Positions 7,063-15,933 are shown, counted from the first letter of the stretch. The stretch: 28,305 bases of DNA from an uncultured Pseudomonadota bacterium (GCA_964471095.1 CAYYFU010000001.1:8138-36442), one strand, 5' to 3'. Numbers and translations: made by a program. Notes: a model not told the origin generated them from the letters alone.

Positions 7063-8618
7063 GAGTCCTGCTCTTTTCCATGCCGGACGGGACCCATCCG
7101 CTTTTCCCCCGGTTTTGCCGTCCGCCGAACCTGGGGCTCGCCTCGCTGGCCGGAAATCTGAAAGAGGAGGCGGACGTCACGGTGGCGGATCTGATCCTGA
7201 AACGGGAGAACGTCCCAGCCGCGATCCGTGAAGCCCTTGAAAAGGTCAGGCCCGACGTCGTCGGACTCTCCTGCATGACCTTTCAATATGATACGGCCAA
7301 ACGGGTTGCGGCAGAGATTCGTTCTTGGAATCCCGACGTTCCGATTGCCCTGGGAGGCTATCACCCCTCCATGACGTACCGTCAGATCGGGGAGCAGGAC
7401 ACACACCGCTTTGATTTTATCTGCCGCGGGGAGTCCGAGGTCACCCTCCGGGAGCTCGTTGTCACGCTCAAGCGGGGGGATCAGGATTTCGGCCCGATCC
7501 TGGGACTCTCTTGGAGACAGGGGGGATCTTTTCACCACAATCCGGAGCGTCCCATATCACCGCTCGAACAGATCATGCCGCCGGCTCGAGGTTCGAGACT
7601 GTGGGGAGGGTATCACATCCACGGTCGTCGCTTTGATCACGCGGAGTCCTCCCGCGGCTGCACGCTCCCCTGTAACTTTTGCAGCATCACGAAGATGTAC
7701 GGTCGGAATTTCAGACCGTATCCTCTGGACCGCATCCTCGACGATCTGACCGAGGCGGCACGCCTCGGGACGCAAGAAATCTTTTTTGTCGACGACAATA
7801 TCACCCTCAAACCAGGACACCTGGAACAACTCTGCGACGGGATCATCGAACGGCGCTTAAACCGGGTCCTGGAGTTCTCGACCCAGGCGTCCGTTGCCGG
7901 ACTCTACCGGGACATCCGGGTGGTCCAAAAGATGGCCGAGGCTGGATTTGTCCTGGTCTTCCTCGGGATTGAAAATGTCTCCAAGCGAAACCTGCTGAAT
8001 TACAAGAAGGGGAATATCGTGGAACTGGCCCGTGAGGTGATTCGGGAACTCCGGAAAAATAAAATCATGATCATGGGGGGGTTCGTCCTGGGGAGCCCCG
8101 ACGATTCGGAGGAGGATCTGCTGGACCAGTTTGCCTTCATGCGGAAGCAGGCCCTGGACTCCTACCTCGTTCAGATTCTGACGCCCTACCCGAATGTCCC
8201 CTTGACGGCCGATCTGGAACAACAGGGGATGGTCGTCAACCCAGACTTCCGGCGCTACTCGGGACTCTTTGCGAATGTCAGGACCAAGCACCTCTCTTCC
8301 TATGATCTTGATTTTTTAAGATGGAAACATTTCCCTTACTATCGGGATCTCCGCTGGTTCCTGAATGCGGTCGCTCCGCGGAGATTCACTTGGGGCGTCT
8401 TCAAGGAAACGCTCATCCGTTTTGGCGAGTGGCTCACCGAAAAATGCCGCAAGTTCCTCGTGTCCGAAGAATACGCTTTTCGAAAACAGATGAAAAAGCA
8501 GATTGCCTCTAATCTCTTTTTTGGGGAATCCCCCGAAGTGACCTGGCCCGACCGGGTTGCCCCTGCGGAAGCCCGCTTCCCCCAACTGGCCCTGGACAGC
8601 GTCCGGAAACTGTACTAG
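7059..8618 (+). CDS. Cobalamin(B12)-binding radical SAM enzyme
   Basis: N-terminal B12-binding domain (PNLGLASLA, PDVVGLSCMT, LGGYHPS), RGCTLPCNFC (CxxxCxxC at 7659-7682), FFVDDN, FLGIE, LTPYP; ATGA overlap with the lnt-C39 stop. Confidence 0.92.
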   Translation: MRVLLFSMPDGTHPLFPRFCRPPNLGLASLAGNLKEEADVTVADLILKRENVPAAIREALEKVRPDVVGLSCMTFQYDTAKRVAAEIRSWNPDVPIALGGYHPSMTYRQIGEQDTHRFDFICRGESEVTLRELVVTLKRGDQDFGPILGLSWRQGGSFHHNPERPISPLEQIMPPARGSRLWGGYHIHGRRFDHAESSRGCTLPCNFCSITKMYGRNFRPYPLDRILDDLTEAARLGTQEIFFVDDNITLKPGHLEQLCDGIIERRLNRVLEFSTQASVAGLYRDIRVVQKMAEAGFVLVFLGIENVSKRNLLNYKKGNIVELAREVIRELRKNKIMIMGGFVLGSPDDSEEDLLDQFAFMRKQALDSYLVQILTPYPNVPLTADLEQQGMVVNPDFRRYSGLFANVRTKHLSSYDLDFLRWKHFPYYRDLRWFLNAVAPRRFTWGVFKETLIRFGEWLTEKCRKFLVSEEYAFRKQMKKQIASNLFFGESPEVTWPDRVAPAEARFPQLALDSVRKLY

Positions 8619-8633
8619 AGGTCGGTCCTCACT

Positions 8634-9647
8634 ATGGCCACCATCTATTACGATAAAGATTCCCCGCTCGAACCGCTCAAGAGGAAAAAAATTGTCGTCT
8701 TCGGTTACGGTTCACAAGGACATGCCCATGCGCTGAATCTGAAGGACAGCGGGCTGGATGTCATGGTCACCCTGCGACCGGGGAGCAAGGCGATTGACCG
8801 GGCGAAGGCGGCCGGGCTGACGGTCACGACCGATGCCGATCAGGCGGCACGCATGGCCGACGTCGTGATGATCGTCGTCCCGGACGAAAATCAAAAACAA
8901 CTCTGGGACGAGCATCTGCAGAAAAACCTGAAGAAAGGGGCGGCGCTGTTTTTTGCCCACGGCTTCAACATCCACTTCAAGCGGATCATCCCCCGGCCGG
9001 ACCTCGATTGCATCCTGATCGCCCCCAAGGGACCGGGGCATCTGGTCCGGACGCAGTTTCAGGAGGGGGTCGGGGTTCCTTGCCTCATTGCCGTCGGACA
9101 AGATGCAACGGGCCATGCCCGGGAGACCGGGCTGGCGTATGCCAAGGGGCTGGGGGGAACACGGGCCGGCGTCATCGAAACCACCTTCAAGGAAGAGACC
9201 GAGACCGACCTGTTCGGCGAGCAAGTGGTGTTGTGCGGCGGTGTGACCAGCCTGATGCAGGCCGGTTTTGAAACGCTGGTTGCGGCGGGGTATCAGCCGG
9301 AGATTGCCTACTTTGAATGTCTGCACGAACTGAAGCTGATCGTGGACCTCGTTTACAACGGCGGGCTCGCGAACATGCGCTATTCGATCTCCAACACCGC
9401 CGAGTACGGCGACTATACCCGCGGGCCGCGGATCGTCACGAGCCAGACCCGGAAGGAGATGGAGAAGATTTTGAAGGAGATCCAGTCGGGCGAGTTCGCC
9501 AAGGAGTATATCGCCGAGTGCGAGAAGGGAAACCCGGTTCTCAACAAGGGACGCGATGAGACCGTCAAGAGCCAGGTCGAGAAGGTGGGGGGTACGCTCC
9601 GTAAGATGATGCCGTGGTTGCAGGGTTCGGTGAAACAGAGGGAGTAA
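8634..9647 (+). CDS. ilvC: Ketol-acid reductoisomerase
   Basis: [78 protein letters not shown]. Confidence 0.98.
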   Translation: MATIYYDKDSPLEPLKRKKIVVFGYGSQGHAHALNLKDSGLDVMVTLRPGSKAIDRAKAAGLTVTTDADQAARMADVVMIVVPDENQKQLWDEHLQKNLKKGAALFFAHGFNIHFKRIIPRPDLDCILIAPKGPGHLVRTQFQEGVGVPCLIAVGQDATGHARETGLAYAKGLGGTRAGVIETTFKEETETDLFGEQVVLCGGVTSLMQAGFETLVAAGYQPEIAYFECLHELKLIVDLVYNGGLANMRYSISNTAEYGDYTRGPRIVTSQTRKEMEKILKEIQSGEFAKEYIAECEKGNPVLNKGRDETVKSQVEKVGGTLRKMMPWLQGSVKQRE

Positions 9648-9658
9648 CACCCCCCGCT

Positions 9659-10468
9659 ATGACGATACGCAAACCGGCCGTTGCCGGCAGTTTTTATCCC
9701 GCTGAACCTGAAAAACTCAAAAAAGAATTAACCCGTTGTCTGGCCGGACCGCCAATGCCGAAGCGACGGGCGATTGGTCTGGTCGTCCCGCATGCCGGAT
9801 ACATGTACAGCGGCGCGGTCGCCGGGGCGCTGTACCGGCAGATTGACCTCCCACAAAAACTGATCATCCTCTCCCCGAATCACACCGGCTCCGGCGCCCC
9901 CTGTTCGATCGACCTGCGCGACGGCTGGGAGACCCCACTCGGTGTCGCGCCGATTGACCGCGATCTGGGGAACCGTTTCATGAAAAATTGTCTCTCACTG
10001 GAGGAGGACACTGAGGCGCATCTTCAGGAGCACTCGCTCGAGGTCCAGCTCCCATTCTTGCAGTCCCTGAAGCCCGATTTCTCTTTCGTGCCGGTCACGC
10101 TCTCGTATCTTCCGTACGAGATTTGCCTCAAGATCGGCAAGGGACTTGCCGAGACCGTCCGGTCATCGCCGGAGCCGGTGCTGATCATCGCCAGCTCCGA
10201 CATGAATCATTACGAAAACCAGCAGGTCACACTCAAAAAAAACCAGGTGGCGATCGACCAGATCCTCAAACTCGATCCGGAAGGACTTTACCGCGAGGTG
10301 AAGAAAAACGGCGTCACGATGTGCGGGATTATTCCAACCACCGTGATGCTGGTTGCCGCCCGGGAACTGGGGGCCAAAAAGACGGAGCTAATCCAACACA
10401 AGACCAGCGGCGACGTGACCGGCGATTACGGCTCGGTGGTCGGGTACGCGAGTTTGATCGTCTCTTGA
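9659..10468 (+). CDS. amrB: AmmeMemoRadiSam system protein B (MEMO1-family, dioxygenase-like fold)
   Basis: IRKPAVAGSFYP, VVPHAGYMYSG, SPNHTG, EHSLEVQLPFLQ, IASSDMNHY, TMCG, TSGDV...VVGYA. Start moved from 9614 to ATG 9659, which removes the overlap with ilvC. Confidence 0.93.
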   Translation: MTIRKPAVAGSFYPAEPEKLKKELTRCLAGPPMPKRRAIGLVVPHAGYMYSGAVAGALYRQIDLPQKLIILSPNHTGSGAPCSIDLRDGWETPLGVAPIDRDLGNRFMKNCLSLEEDTEAHLQEHSLEVQLPFLQSLKPDFSFVPVTLSYLPYEICLKIGKGLAETVRSSPEPVLIIASSDMNHYENQQVTLKKNQVAIDQILKLDPEGLYREVKKNGVTMCGIIPTTVMLVAARELGAKKTELIQHKTSGDVTGDYGSVVGYASLIVS

Positions 10469-10479
10469 CTTCAAGTGGT

Positions 10480-10500
10480 TTCTATAAGAATATATAAGAA
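10480..10500. promoter_or_regulatory. Candidate toxin-antitoxin autoregulatory operator
   Basis: TTCT-ATA-AGAA inverted repeat (10480-10490) and TATAAGAA direct repeat (10483, 10493) just upstream of the antitoxin Shine-Dalgarno. Confidence 0.35.
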
Positions 10501-10514
10501 ACAAGGAGGCGGGG

Positions 10515-10751
10515 GTGGGTAACTGGACCATTTATGTTGCCGAGGACGAGGAGAAGCTCCTCAAGAAAAAAATTCAGGAGATTGCCGGACGAAATCGCTG
10601 GTCCTTTTCGCAGGCAGTATCCGGCGTGCTCCGGGAGCACCTAATCGATGAGAAGCAGCGGATTTCCGACGACGTTCTCTGGAATCTGTTAAGCGCCCAG
10701 TCCTTTTTTGAGGGGTATTCCGAAAAGGATGCCGTTTATGACGCCCTTTGA
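10515..10751 (+). CDS. Putative type II antitoxin (ribbon-helix-helix-like N-terminus, acidic C-terminus)
   Basis: AAGGAGG Shine-Dalgarno and GTG start; TIYV strand then two helices (SFSQAVSGVLREHL); acidic tail FFEGYSEKDAVYDAL; overlaps the toxin gene. Confidence 0.75.
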   Translation: MGNWTIYVAEDEEKLLKKKIQEIAGRNRWSFSQAVSGVLREHLIDEKQRISDDVLWNLLSAQSFFEGYSEKDAVYDAL

Positions 10752-11067
10752 GATGGGCGACATCCTGCTGTTGAACGTCTTTCCCTTCTCGAATCTCCAG
10801 GAGGCAAAAAAACGGCCTGCCGTCGTGCTCGCCGACATCGGGGATCAGGATATCGTACTTGCACGCATGACCAGCGAATCGCCCCGGGACACCTATGACC
10901 TGGAAATCCCTCACTGGAAGGACTGCGGGCTGTTGCTTCCTACCTGCATTCGTTTGTCGAAGATCGCGACGTTGAACCGAAGGTTGGTCGTTCGAAAGCT
11001 CGGCCGGCTCGGCAGTCCGGATCGCCGCAAGGTGCGTGCCAAGCTCAAGTCAATGTTCAATCTCTAG
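10738..11067 (+). CDS. MazF/PemK-family toxin
   Basis: GDILLLNVFPFSN..KKRPAVVL...ARMTS, GLLLPTCIRLSKIATL, RKLGRL; start moved to ATG 10738. Confidence 0.88.
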   Translation: MTPFEMGDILLLNVFPFSNLQEAKKRPAVVLADIGDQDIVLARMTSESPRDTYDLEIPHWKDCGLLLPTCIRLSKIATLNRRLVVRKLGRLGSPDRRKVRAKLKSMFNL

Positions 11068-11104
11068 CAACCAGCTCCCCCCGACAAAGACCTTCCTTGT
11101 TTGA

Positions 11105-11932
11105 TCATTTCTTATTGACGAAAAAACCACCACCGGGCCTTTGATTGTGAACGATGAAAAGGTAGCCTCCGTCCTTGAATCCGCCAAAAAAGCGAGGAGG
11201 ATTGAATCCGACGTCTCCTTTGTTATCGTAGTAAGCGACGTAGACGATCCCTTGCTCCCGATCTTCCACCACCTCAAAGGCGGTGTTGGGCAGTTTCGAT
11301 GGCTCGTCAGGAATCATCAGCGTCGTCTCCACCCACTGAGCAAAATATTCATCCTCGGGCCGCCGCTCTTTGTACGCAAAGGTCTGAGCGTTGCCCCTGA
11401 TTTTTACAAATCGGGTTGCGTGTTCCTCGATAAAGGAATCCCGTTTCTCAATGACACGCTGATCGAAAGTCGGGTTGAAATCAGTGAAACAGGTCCGTTG
11501 CGTTGCCGCCTCGTCACAGCAATTGGGGCCCTCTTGATAGAGGCGGGAGCCGCCCCATCCCATAATCATATGCATCTCTCCTAATTGCGGGAATCCGCCT
11601 CCCGGACGTGATGCGACGGGGTCGCTGATGATTTCCAGATCGATATCCGGCTCGCCGTCAGGTCGCAGACCCTCCATCCACAGCATATAGCCTGTCGCTC
11701 CAGAAACCGTTAAAAGGCCCTTCACACGGAACTGCCCCGAGTAAAAACTGTTCAGGCGCGCCGGATCGCATTGAAAGGTAGTCGTAGTCGGGGGAGGGAC
11801 TCCTGGTTTTGGGGGCGGCATCGCTCCCGTTCGACCTTCTGCCGGAGTTTGGTCTTCTTCTGGCGATCTTAATGCTCGCGTGGCGGCACAACCAATGAGT
11901 GCGGCAACGGCGGTTAAGGCTAATCGTGACAT
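11105..11932 (-). CDS. Hypothetical lipoprotein with Pro/Thr-rich linker
   Basis: CAGGAGG Shine-Dalgarno 7-8 nt before ATG 11932; MSRLALTAVAALIG|C lipobox; PPPKPGVPPPTTTT linker. Confidence 0.75.
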   Translation of the reverse strand: MSRLALTAVAALIGCAATRALRSPEEDQTPAEGRTGAMPPPKPGVPPPTTTTFQCDPARLNSFYSGQFRVKGLLTVSGATGYMLWMEGLRPDGEPDIDLEIISDPVASRPGGGFPQLGEMHMIMGWGGSRLYQEGPNCCDEAATQRTCFTDFNPTFDQRVIEKRDSFIEEHATRFVKIRGNAQTFAYKERRPEDEYFAQWVETTLMIPDEPSKLPNTAFEVVEDREQGIVYVAYYDNKGDVGFNPPRFFGGFKDGGYLFIVHNQRPGGGFFVNKK

Positions 11933-11978
11933 AAATAATCCTCCTGTGAAAAAACAACCTTTGTTTGCTCTCTCTTGC

Positions 11979-12005
11979 TTGTCGGCTGGAATGAGAAAAG
12001 GTTGC
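11979..12005 (-). promoter_or_regulatory. Sigma28-like promoter copy 2
   Basis: Minus strand GCAACCTT-N11-GCCGACAA, 46 nt upstream of ATG 11932; shares CCAGCCGACAAGC with copy 1. Confidence 0.65.
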
Positions 12006-12039
12006 GGATTATTTTGTTGCCTTTCTCTATGATTCACCA

Positions 12040-12073
12040 TTTACAATCGTCTAAATATCGTCTAATATTAGAC
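12040..12073 (+). promoter_or_regulatory. Candidate fic promoter overlapped by a palindromic operator
   Basis: TTTACA-N17-TAATAT (12040-12068); perfect palindrome GTCTAATATTAGAC (12060-12073); ATCGTCTAA direct repeat (12046, 12057). Confidence 0.5.
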
Positions 12074-12077
12074 CAAT

Positions 12078-13109
12078 ATGTTTGCGCCAAAATACCGGAT
12101 TAGTGATTTATTATTAAGTAACATTAAGAAGATAGCAACGATTGTCAGCGAATTAAACAGTCGCTCATTCACCCAGACCGTGTTGGCCAAGTTTGAAAGG
12201 GAGGCAACCTCCCTGTCGGTCCATGCCTCGACCAGCATCGAGGGGAATCCCCTGCCGCTGACCGATGTCAAAAGGATACTCAAAACGAGGCCGGAGAATC
12301 TTCGGGAGACCGAACGCGAGATCCTGAATTACAACAGCGCCCTGGAACGGCTCCACCAACAGATGAAGGGGGGGCAGGTTGCCGTCAGTCTTCAGCTGAT
12401 ATGCAACATCCAGCAACAGGTCACCGACCGCCTGATTGCGAAGCACCGATGCGGAAAAACCAGAACAGAGCCGGTTTTCGTTAATGACCCAAGGAGCGGC
12501 AAAACGGTTTATTGGCCGCCTGATCACCAAGACGTTCCACGCCTGATGGACGAATTGCTCGACTTTGTCCGTTCCAAAAGAGGCCTGGCCGATCCTCTCG
12601 TCCTGGCGGGAATTTTTCACCGGCAGTTTGTCATCATTCATCCGTTCATGGACGGAAACGGCCGAACCGCGCGACTTGCCACCAAAACTATCCTCGCGGA
12701 TATGGGGCTCAACACATTCAACCTCTTCAGTTTCGAAAATTATTACAACAATAACGTCTCCGCTTATTTTCAAAAGGTCGGCGCCATCGGCAATTATTAC
12801 GACATCGCGGCGGATATTGATTTCACCGAATGGCTGGAATATTTCACCGGCGGGATCATTGATGAGTTGTTGAGGGTGAAAAAGGATTTGGCGGTTGAGG
12901 CGGCGTCGCCATCGACGCGGTTGCAACCGCATGACAAGGCAATTTTGGATTTCATCCGCAAGGAGGGGTTTATCACCGATCGGGATTACGCCGGTCTAAC
13001 GGATCGGGCCAAGGCGACGCGGGCGCTGGATTTCAGGAAGCTGATCGAACAGGGGCTGATCGAGCGTTTTGGAAAAGGCAGGGCGACCCACTACAAACTG
13101 AAATCCTAG
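12078..13109 (+). CDS. Class II Fic-domain protein with C-terminal winged HTH
   Basis: Inhibitory motif STSIEGN, catalytic HPFMDGNGRTAR, C-terminal ILDFIRKEGFIT...ATRALDFRKLIEQGLIERFGKGRATHY. Confidence 0.93.
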   Translation: MFAPKYRISDLLLSNIKKIATIVSELNSRSFTQTVLAKFEREATSLSVHASTSIEGNPLPLTDVKRILKTRPENLRETEREILNYNSALERLHQQMKGGQVAVSLQLICNIQQQVTDRLIAKHRCGKTRTEPVFVNDPRSGKTVYWPPDHQDVPRLMDELLDFVRSKRGLADPLVLAGIFHRQFVIIHPFMDGNGRTARLATKTILADMGLNTFNLFSFENYYNNNVSAYFQKVGAIGNYYDIAADIDFTEWLEYFTGGIIDELLRVKKDLAVEAASPSTRLQPHDKAILDFIRKEGFITDRDYAGLTDRAKATRALDFRKLIEQGLIERFGKGRATHYKLKS

Positions 13110-13125
13110 CACAGCATCCTCCCGG

Positions 13126-14502
13126 TCAATTCAACGAAAACGTCTCGAGATAATCCGGGATCTCACAGGACCAGTGGAGATCCTCGGCGATCCGCTTGCG
13201 GAGCGTCTCCGAGGCGAGCGGCTCCCCATGGGTGATGTAGGTCATCTTGGGAGGACGCTTAAATTTCTTCAACCAATCGATAATCTCCTGGGAGTCGGCA
13301 TGGGCCGACAAGGTTTGATTCAACACCACTTCCGCCCGAACCGGCACGATCTGCCCGTGAATCTTGATCTGATCCCCCCCGTTGATCAGCGCCTCTCCCC
13401 GGGTGCCTGCCGCCTGATAACCGACAAACAAGATGATGTTCCGGGAATCTGGCGCCAGGAATTTCAGGTGATGAAGCACCCGCCCGCCGGTCGCCATCCC
13501 GGAGGCGGAGATGATGATCGCCGGCCCTTTCACCGTATTCAGCCGCTTGGATTCTTCCATCGACGTCACAAAACGGGAGACATTCCGGATCTCCTTCCAC
13601 TCCTCTTCACTGAGGCGAAGCTCTCCGGAAAAATTGCGGAAGATCCCGGTCGCCTCCACCGCCATCGGGCTATTGAGGTAAATCGGAATATCCGGAATCT
13701 GCCCGACCCGCTTCATCCGGCTAAAGAGATACAAAATTTCCTGCGCCCGCCCGACCGCAAAGGCGGGAATCAGCACCACCCCGCGGCGCTTGACCGCCCG
13801 GTCAATCACTGCCTTTAGTTCGGTCTGAGGGTCAACCGCGGGATGAGATCGATCCCCATAGGTTGATTCCACCACCAGATAATCGGTCTCCGCCAGTGCG
13901 GTGGGCGGCTTCATCATCAGATCATGCGGCCGTCCCAGGTCTCCGGAAAAGGTAACCATCCTTCCGTTCGCATTGAATCGGATAAAACTGGCCCCCAGAA
14001 TATGCCCGGCCTGCAGAAAATGAAACGACGCCTGCCGCGACAGGGAGATTTTTTTCTCCCAAGGGACCGTCTCAAAATATTGGAGCGACTCGACGGCATC
14101 TTCTTCGGTGTAGAGCGGTCGTGCCGGCTTGTGCTTGGAAAAGCGGTGCTTGTTGGCAAACACCGCGTCTTCCTCCTGGAGACGACCGCTGTCCGGCAGC
14201 AGGATTTTACACAGATCCCTCGTTGAGGAGGTGCAATAGACCGGTCCTCGAAACCCGTTCTTGATCAACAGGGGGATATAACCGCTGTGATCAATATGGG
14301 CGTGGGTTAGGACCACCGCATCGATCATCGCGGGCTTGATCGGGAGCGGGTGCCAATTGCGAAGCCGAAGCACCTTGAGACCTTGAAAGAGCCCACAATC
14401 GATCAGGGTATGCTTGTTGCCGACCGAGAGGAGATATTTGGAACCGGTGACGGTGCCGGTGGCACCAATGAACTGAAGTTGAGTCGCCACTCTCTGGATC
14501 AT
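13126..14502 (-). CDS. Metallo-beta-lactamase/beta-CASP nuclease (Ysh1-like RNA-processing family)
   Basis: FIGATGTVTGSKY, IDCGLFQG, THAHIDH, AGHILGA, SGDLG, ESTYG, SAHAD, THGE. Start set at ATG 14502 (GTG 14490 possible); the longer ORF start overlaps gltX antisense. Confidence 0.92.
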   Translation of the reverse strand: MIQRVATQLQFIGATGTVTGSKYLLSVGNKHTLIDCGLFQGLKVLRLRNWHPLPIKPAMIDAVVLTHAHIDHSGYIPLLIKNGFRGPVYCTSSTRDLCKILLPDSGRLQEEDAVFANKHRFSKHKPARPLYTEEDAVESLQYFETVPWEKKISLSRQASFHFLQAGHILGASFIRFNANGRMVTFSGDLGRPHDLMMKPPTALAETDYLVVESTYGDRSHPAVDPQTELKAVIDRAVKRRGVVLIPAFAVGRAQEILYLFSRMKRVGQIPDIPIYLNSPMAVEATGIFRNFSGELRLSEEEWKEIRNVSRFVTSMEESKRLNTVKGPAIIISASGMATGGRVLHHLKFLAPDSRNIILFVGYQAAGTRGEALINGGDQIKIHGQIVPVRAEVVLNQTLSAHADSQEIIDWLKKFKRPPKMTYITHGEPLASETLRKRIAEDLHWSCEIPDYLETFSLN

Positions 14503-14518
14503 TGGAAAGCATTTACGG

Positions 14519-14547
14519 TTGAATTGCCAGCTTTTTTTACCTAGATT
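14519..14547 (+). promoter_or_regulatory. Candidate sigma70 promoter giving a leaderless gltX transcript
   Basis: TTGAAT-N17-TAGATT-N6-ATG(14554); no Shine-Dalgarno. Confidence 0.4.
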
Positions 14548-14553
14548 GCCGCC

Positions 14554-15933
14554 ATGCCGGAATTTCCACGACTCCGGTTCGCCCCCTCCCCGACCGGTCA
14601 CCTGCATATCGGCGGGGCGCGAACCGCCATCTTCAACTGGCTCTACGCCCGCAAACAGAAGGGGGTCTTTATCCTCCGGATCGAGGACACCGACCGGGAA
14701 CGCTCCACGGAGGAGTACGTCAAGTCCATCGTCGAGGGGATGGAATGGCTGGGGCTCGATTGGGATGAGGGCCCGTATCATCAGATCGACCGGATGGATA
14801 TCTACAAATCGCATGTCGATAAACTGTTGGCCGAGGGGAAGGCCTATCGATGTTTTTGCACTCCTGAGGAGCTCGAGGAGCGGAAAAAGGCGGCTCTCGC
14901 TCGCGGGGAAAAACCAAAATACGACGGGCGCTGCCGGTCAATCGATCAAAATCAGCAAAAGCCCGGCTGTGTCCGCTTCAAGACCGGCGAGCGCGGCACC
15001 ACAACGGTCCATGATCTGATCAAGGGGGAGGTCGTTTTTCAAAATGCCGAGCTGGATGACCTGGTGATCCAGCGCACCGACGGGATCCCGACCTATAACC
15101 TCTGTGTGGTGGTCGATGACGCCCTGATGCGGATCAGCCACGTGATCCGGGGGGATGACCATCTGAATAACAGTCCACGCCAGATCCAGCTCTATGAGGC
15201 GTTTAACTACCTGCCACCGCTCTTTGCCCACCTCCCGATGATCTTGGGGGCCGACAAGACCCGCCTCTCCAAACGACACGGGGCGACGTCGGTCCTCGCC
15301 TACCGGGAGATGGGGTATCTGCCGGACGCCCTGATCAATTTCCTGGCCCGGATCGGCTGGTCTCATGGAGATCAGGAGATCTTCACCCGGGATGAGTTGG
15401 TTGAAAAATTTTCCCTGGATCATGTCGGCAAGTCAGGCGGGGTATTCAATCAGGAAAAACTCCTCTGGTTGAACAGCCATTATCTCACCACGACGGAGGA
15501 CAAGACCCTCACCGTCTCGCTGATCCCCTTTTTGGAAAAAGAGGGGGTCCGTGTGGTGTTGGATGAATCTCTCTATCGGAGTATCGCCTTGAACAAGGGA
15601 CGGGCCCGCACCCTTTTGGAACTGGCCCAGATGCTCAAACCGTACCTCACCGAGGAGATCACGCCGGATGAAAAGGGGCTAAAATTTCTCCGGAACACCC
15701 AACCGCTGGTCGACTATCTTTCGATTCTCGAAAAGACCGGGGCGTTTGACGAGATCTCCCTCAAAACGATGACCGAGCAATACCTGAACGAACGAAAGTT
15801 AAAATTGGGGGAGATCGCCCAACCGCTGCGTGTCGCCCTGACCGGTTCAACCGTCTCACCCGGCATTTATGAAGTGATGGCGCTGTTGGGAAAAGAGCGG
15901 GTCTTGAGCCGGATCAAAAAAGTCATCGGATGA
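14554..15933 (+). CDS. gltX: Glutamate--tRNA ligase
   Basis: RFAPSPTGHLHIGG (HIGH), LRIEDTD, YRCFC, ISHVIRGDDH, RLSKRHG (KMSKS-like), QPLRVALTG. Confidence 0.98.
   Translation: MPEFPRLRFAPSPTGHLHIGGARTAIFNWLYARKQKGVFILRIEDTDRERSTEEYVKSIVEGMEWLGLDWDEGPYHQIDRMDIYKSHVDKLLAEGKAYRCFCTPEELEERKKAALARGEKPKYDGRCRSIDQNQQKPGCVRFKTGERGTTTVHDLIKGEVVFQNAELDDLVIQRTDGIPTYNLCVVVDDALMRISHVIRGDDHLNNSPRQIQLYEAFNYLPPLFAHLPMILGADKTRLSKRHGATSVLAYREMGYLPDALINFLARIGWSHGDQEIFTRDELVEKFSLDHVGKSGGVFNQEKLLWLNSHYLTTTEDKTLTVSLIPFLEKEGVRVVLDESLYRSIALNKGRARTLLELAQMLKPYLTEEITPDEKGLKFLRNTQPLVDYLSILEKTGAFDEISLKTMTEQYLNERKLKLGEIAQPLRVALTGSTVSPGIYEVMALLGKERVLSRIKKVIG

Noticed and set aside
8712-9650. 312-aa antisense ORF over ilvC, and similar shadow ORFs over gltX, lnt, the rSAM gene, the adhesin and the HTH genes
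   Set aside because: Expected stop-poor shadow frames of high-GC coding sequence; no recognisable motifs.
8634-10468. ilvC and amrB as members of the Lnt-C39 system
   Set aside because: Widespread housekeeping genes; adjacency alone is not evidence without neighbourhood conservation data.
11067-11087. GCAACCAG...CCCGACAA resembling the sigma28-like motif
   Set aside because: Spacer is only 5 nt and no gene starts downstream on that strand.
11933-12040. Longer start for the 11105 lipoprotein
   Set aside because: A strong Shine-Dalgarno and lipobox fit ATG 11932; the extension contains the promoter motif.
14503-14814. 104-aa N-terminal extension of the beta-CASP ORF in the ORF track
   Set aside because: It is antisense to the conserved 5' end of gltX; family homology starts at LQFIGATG.
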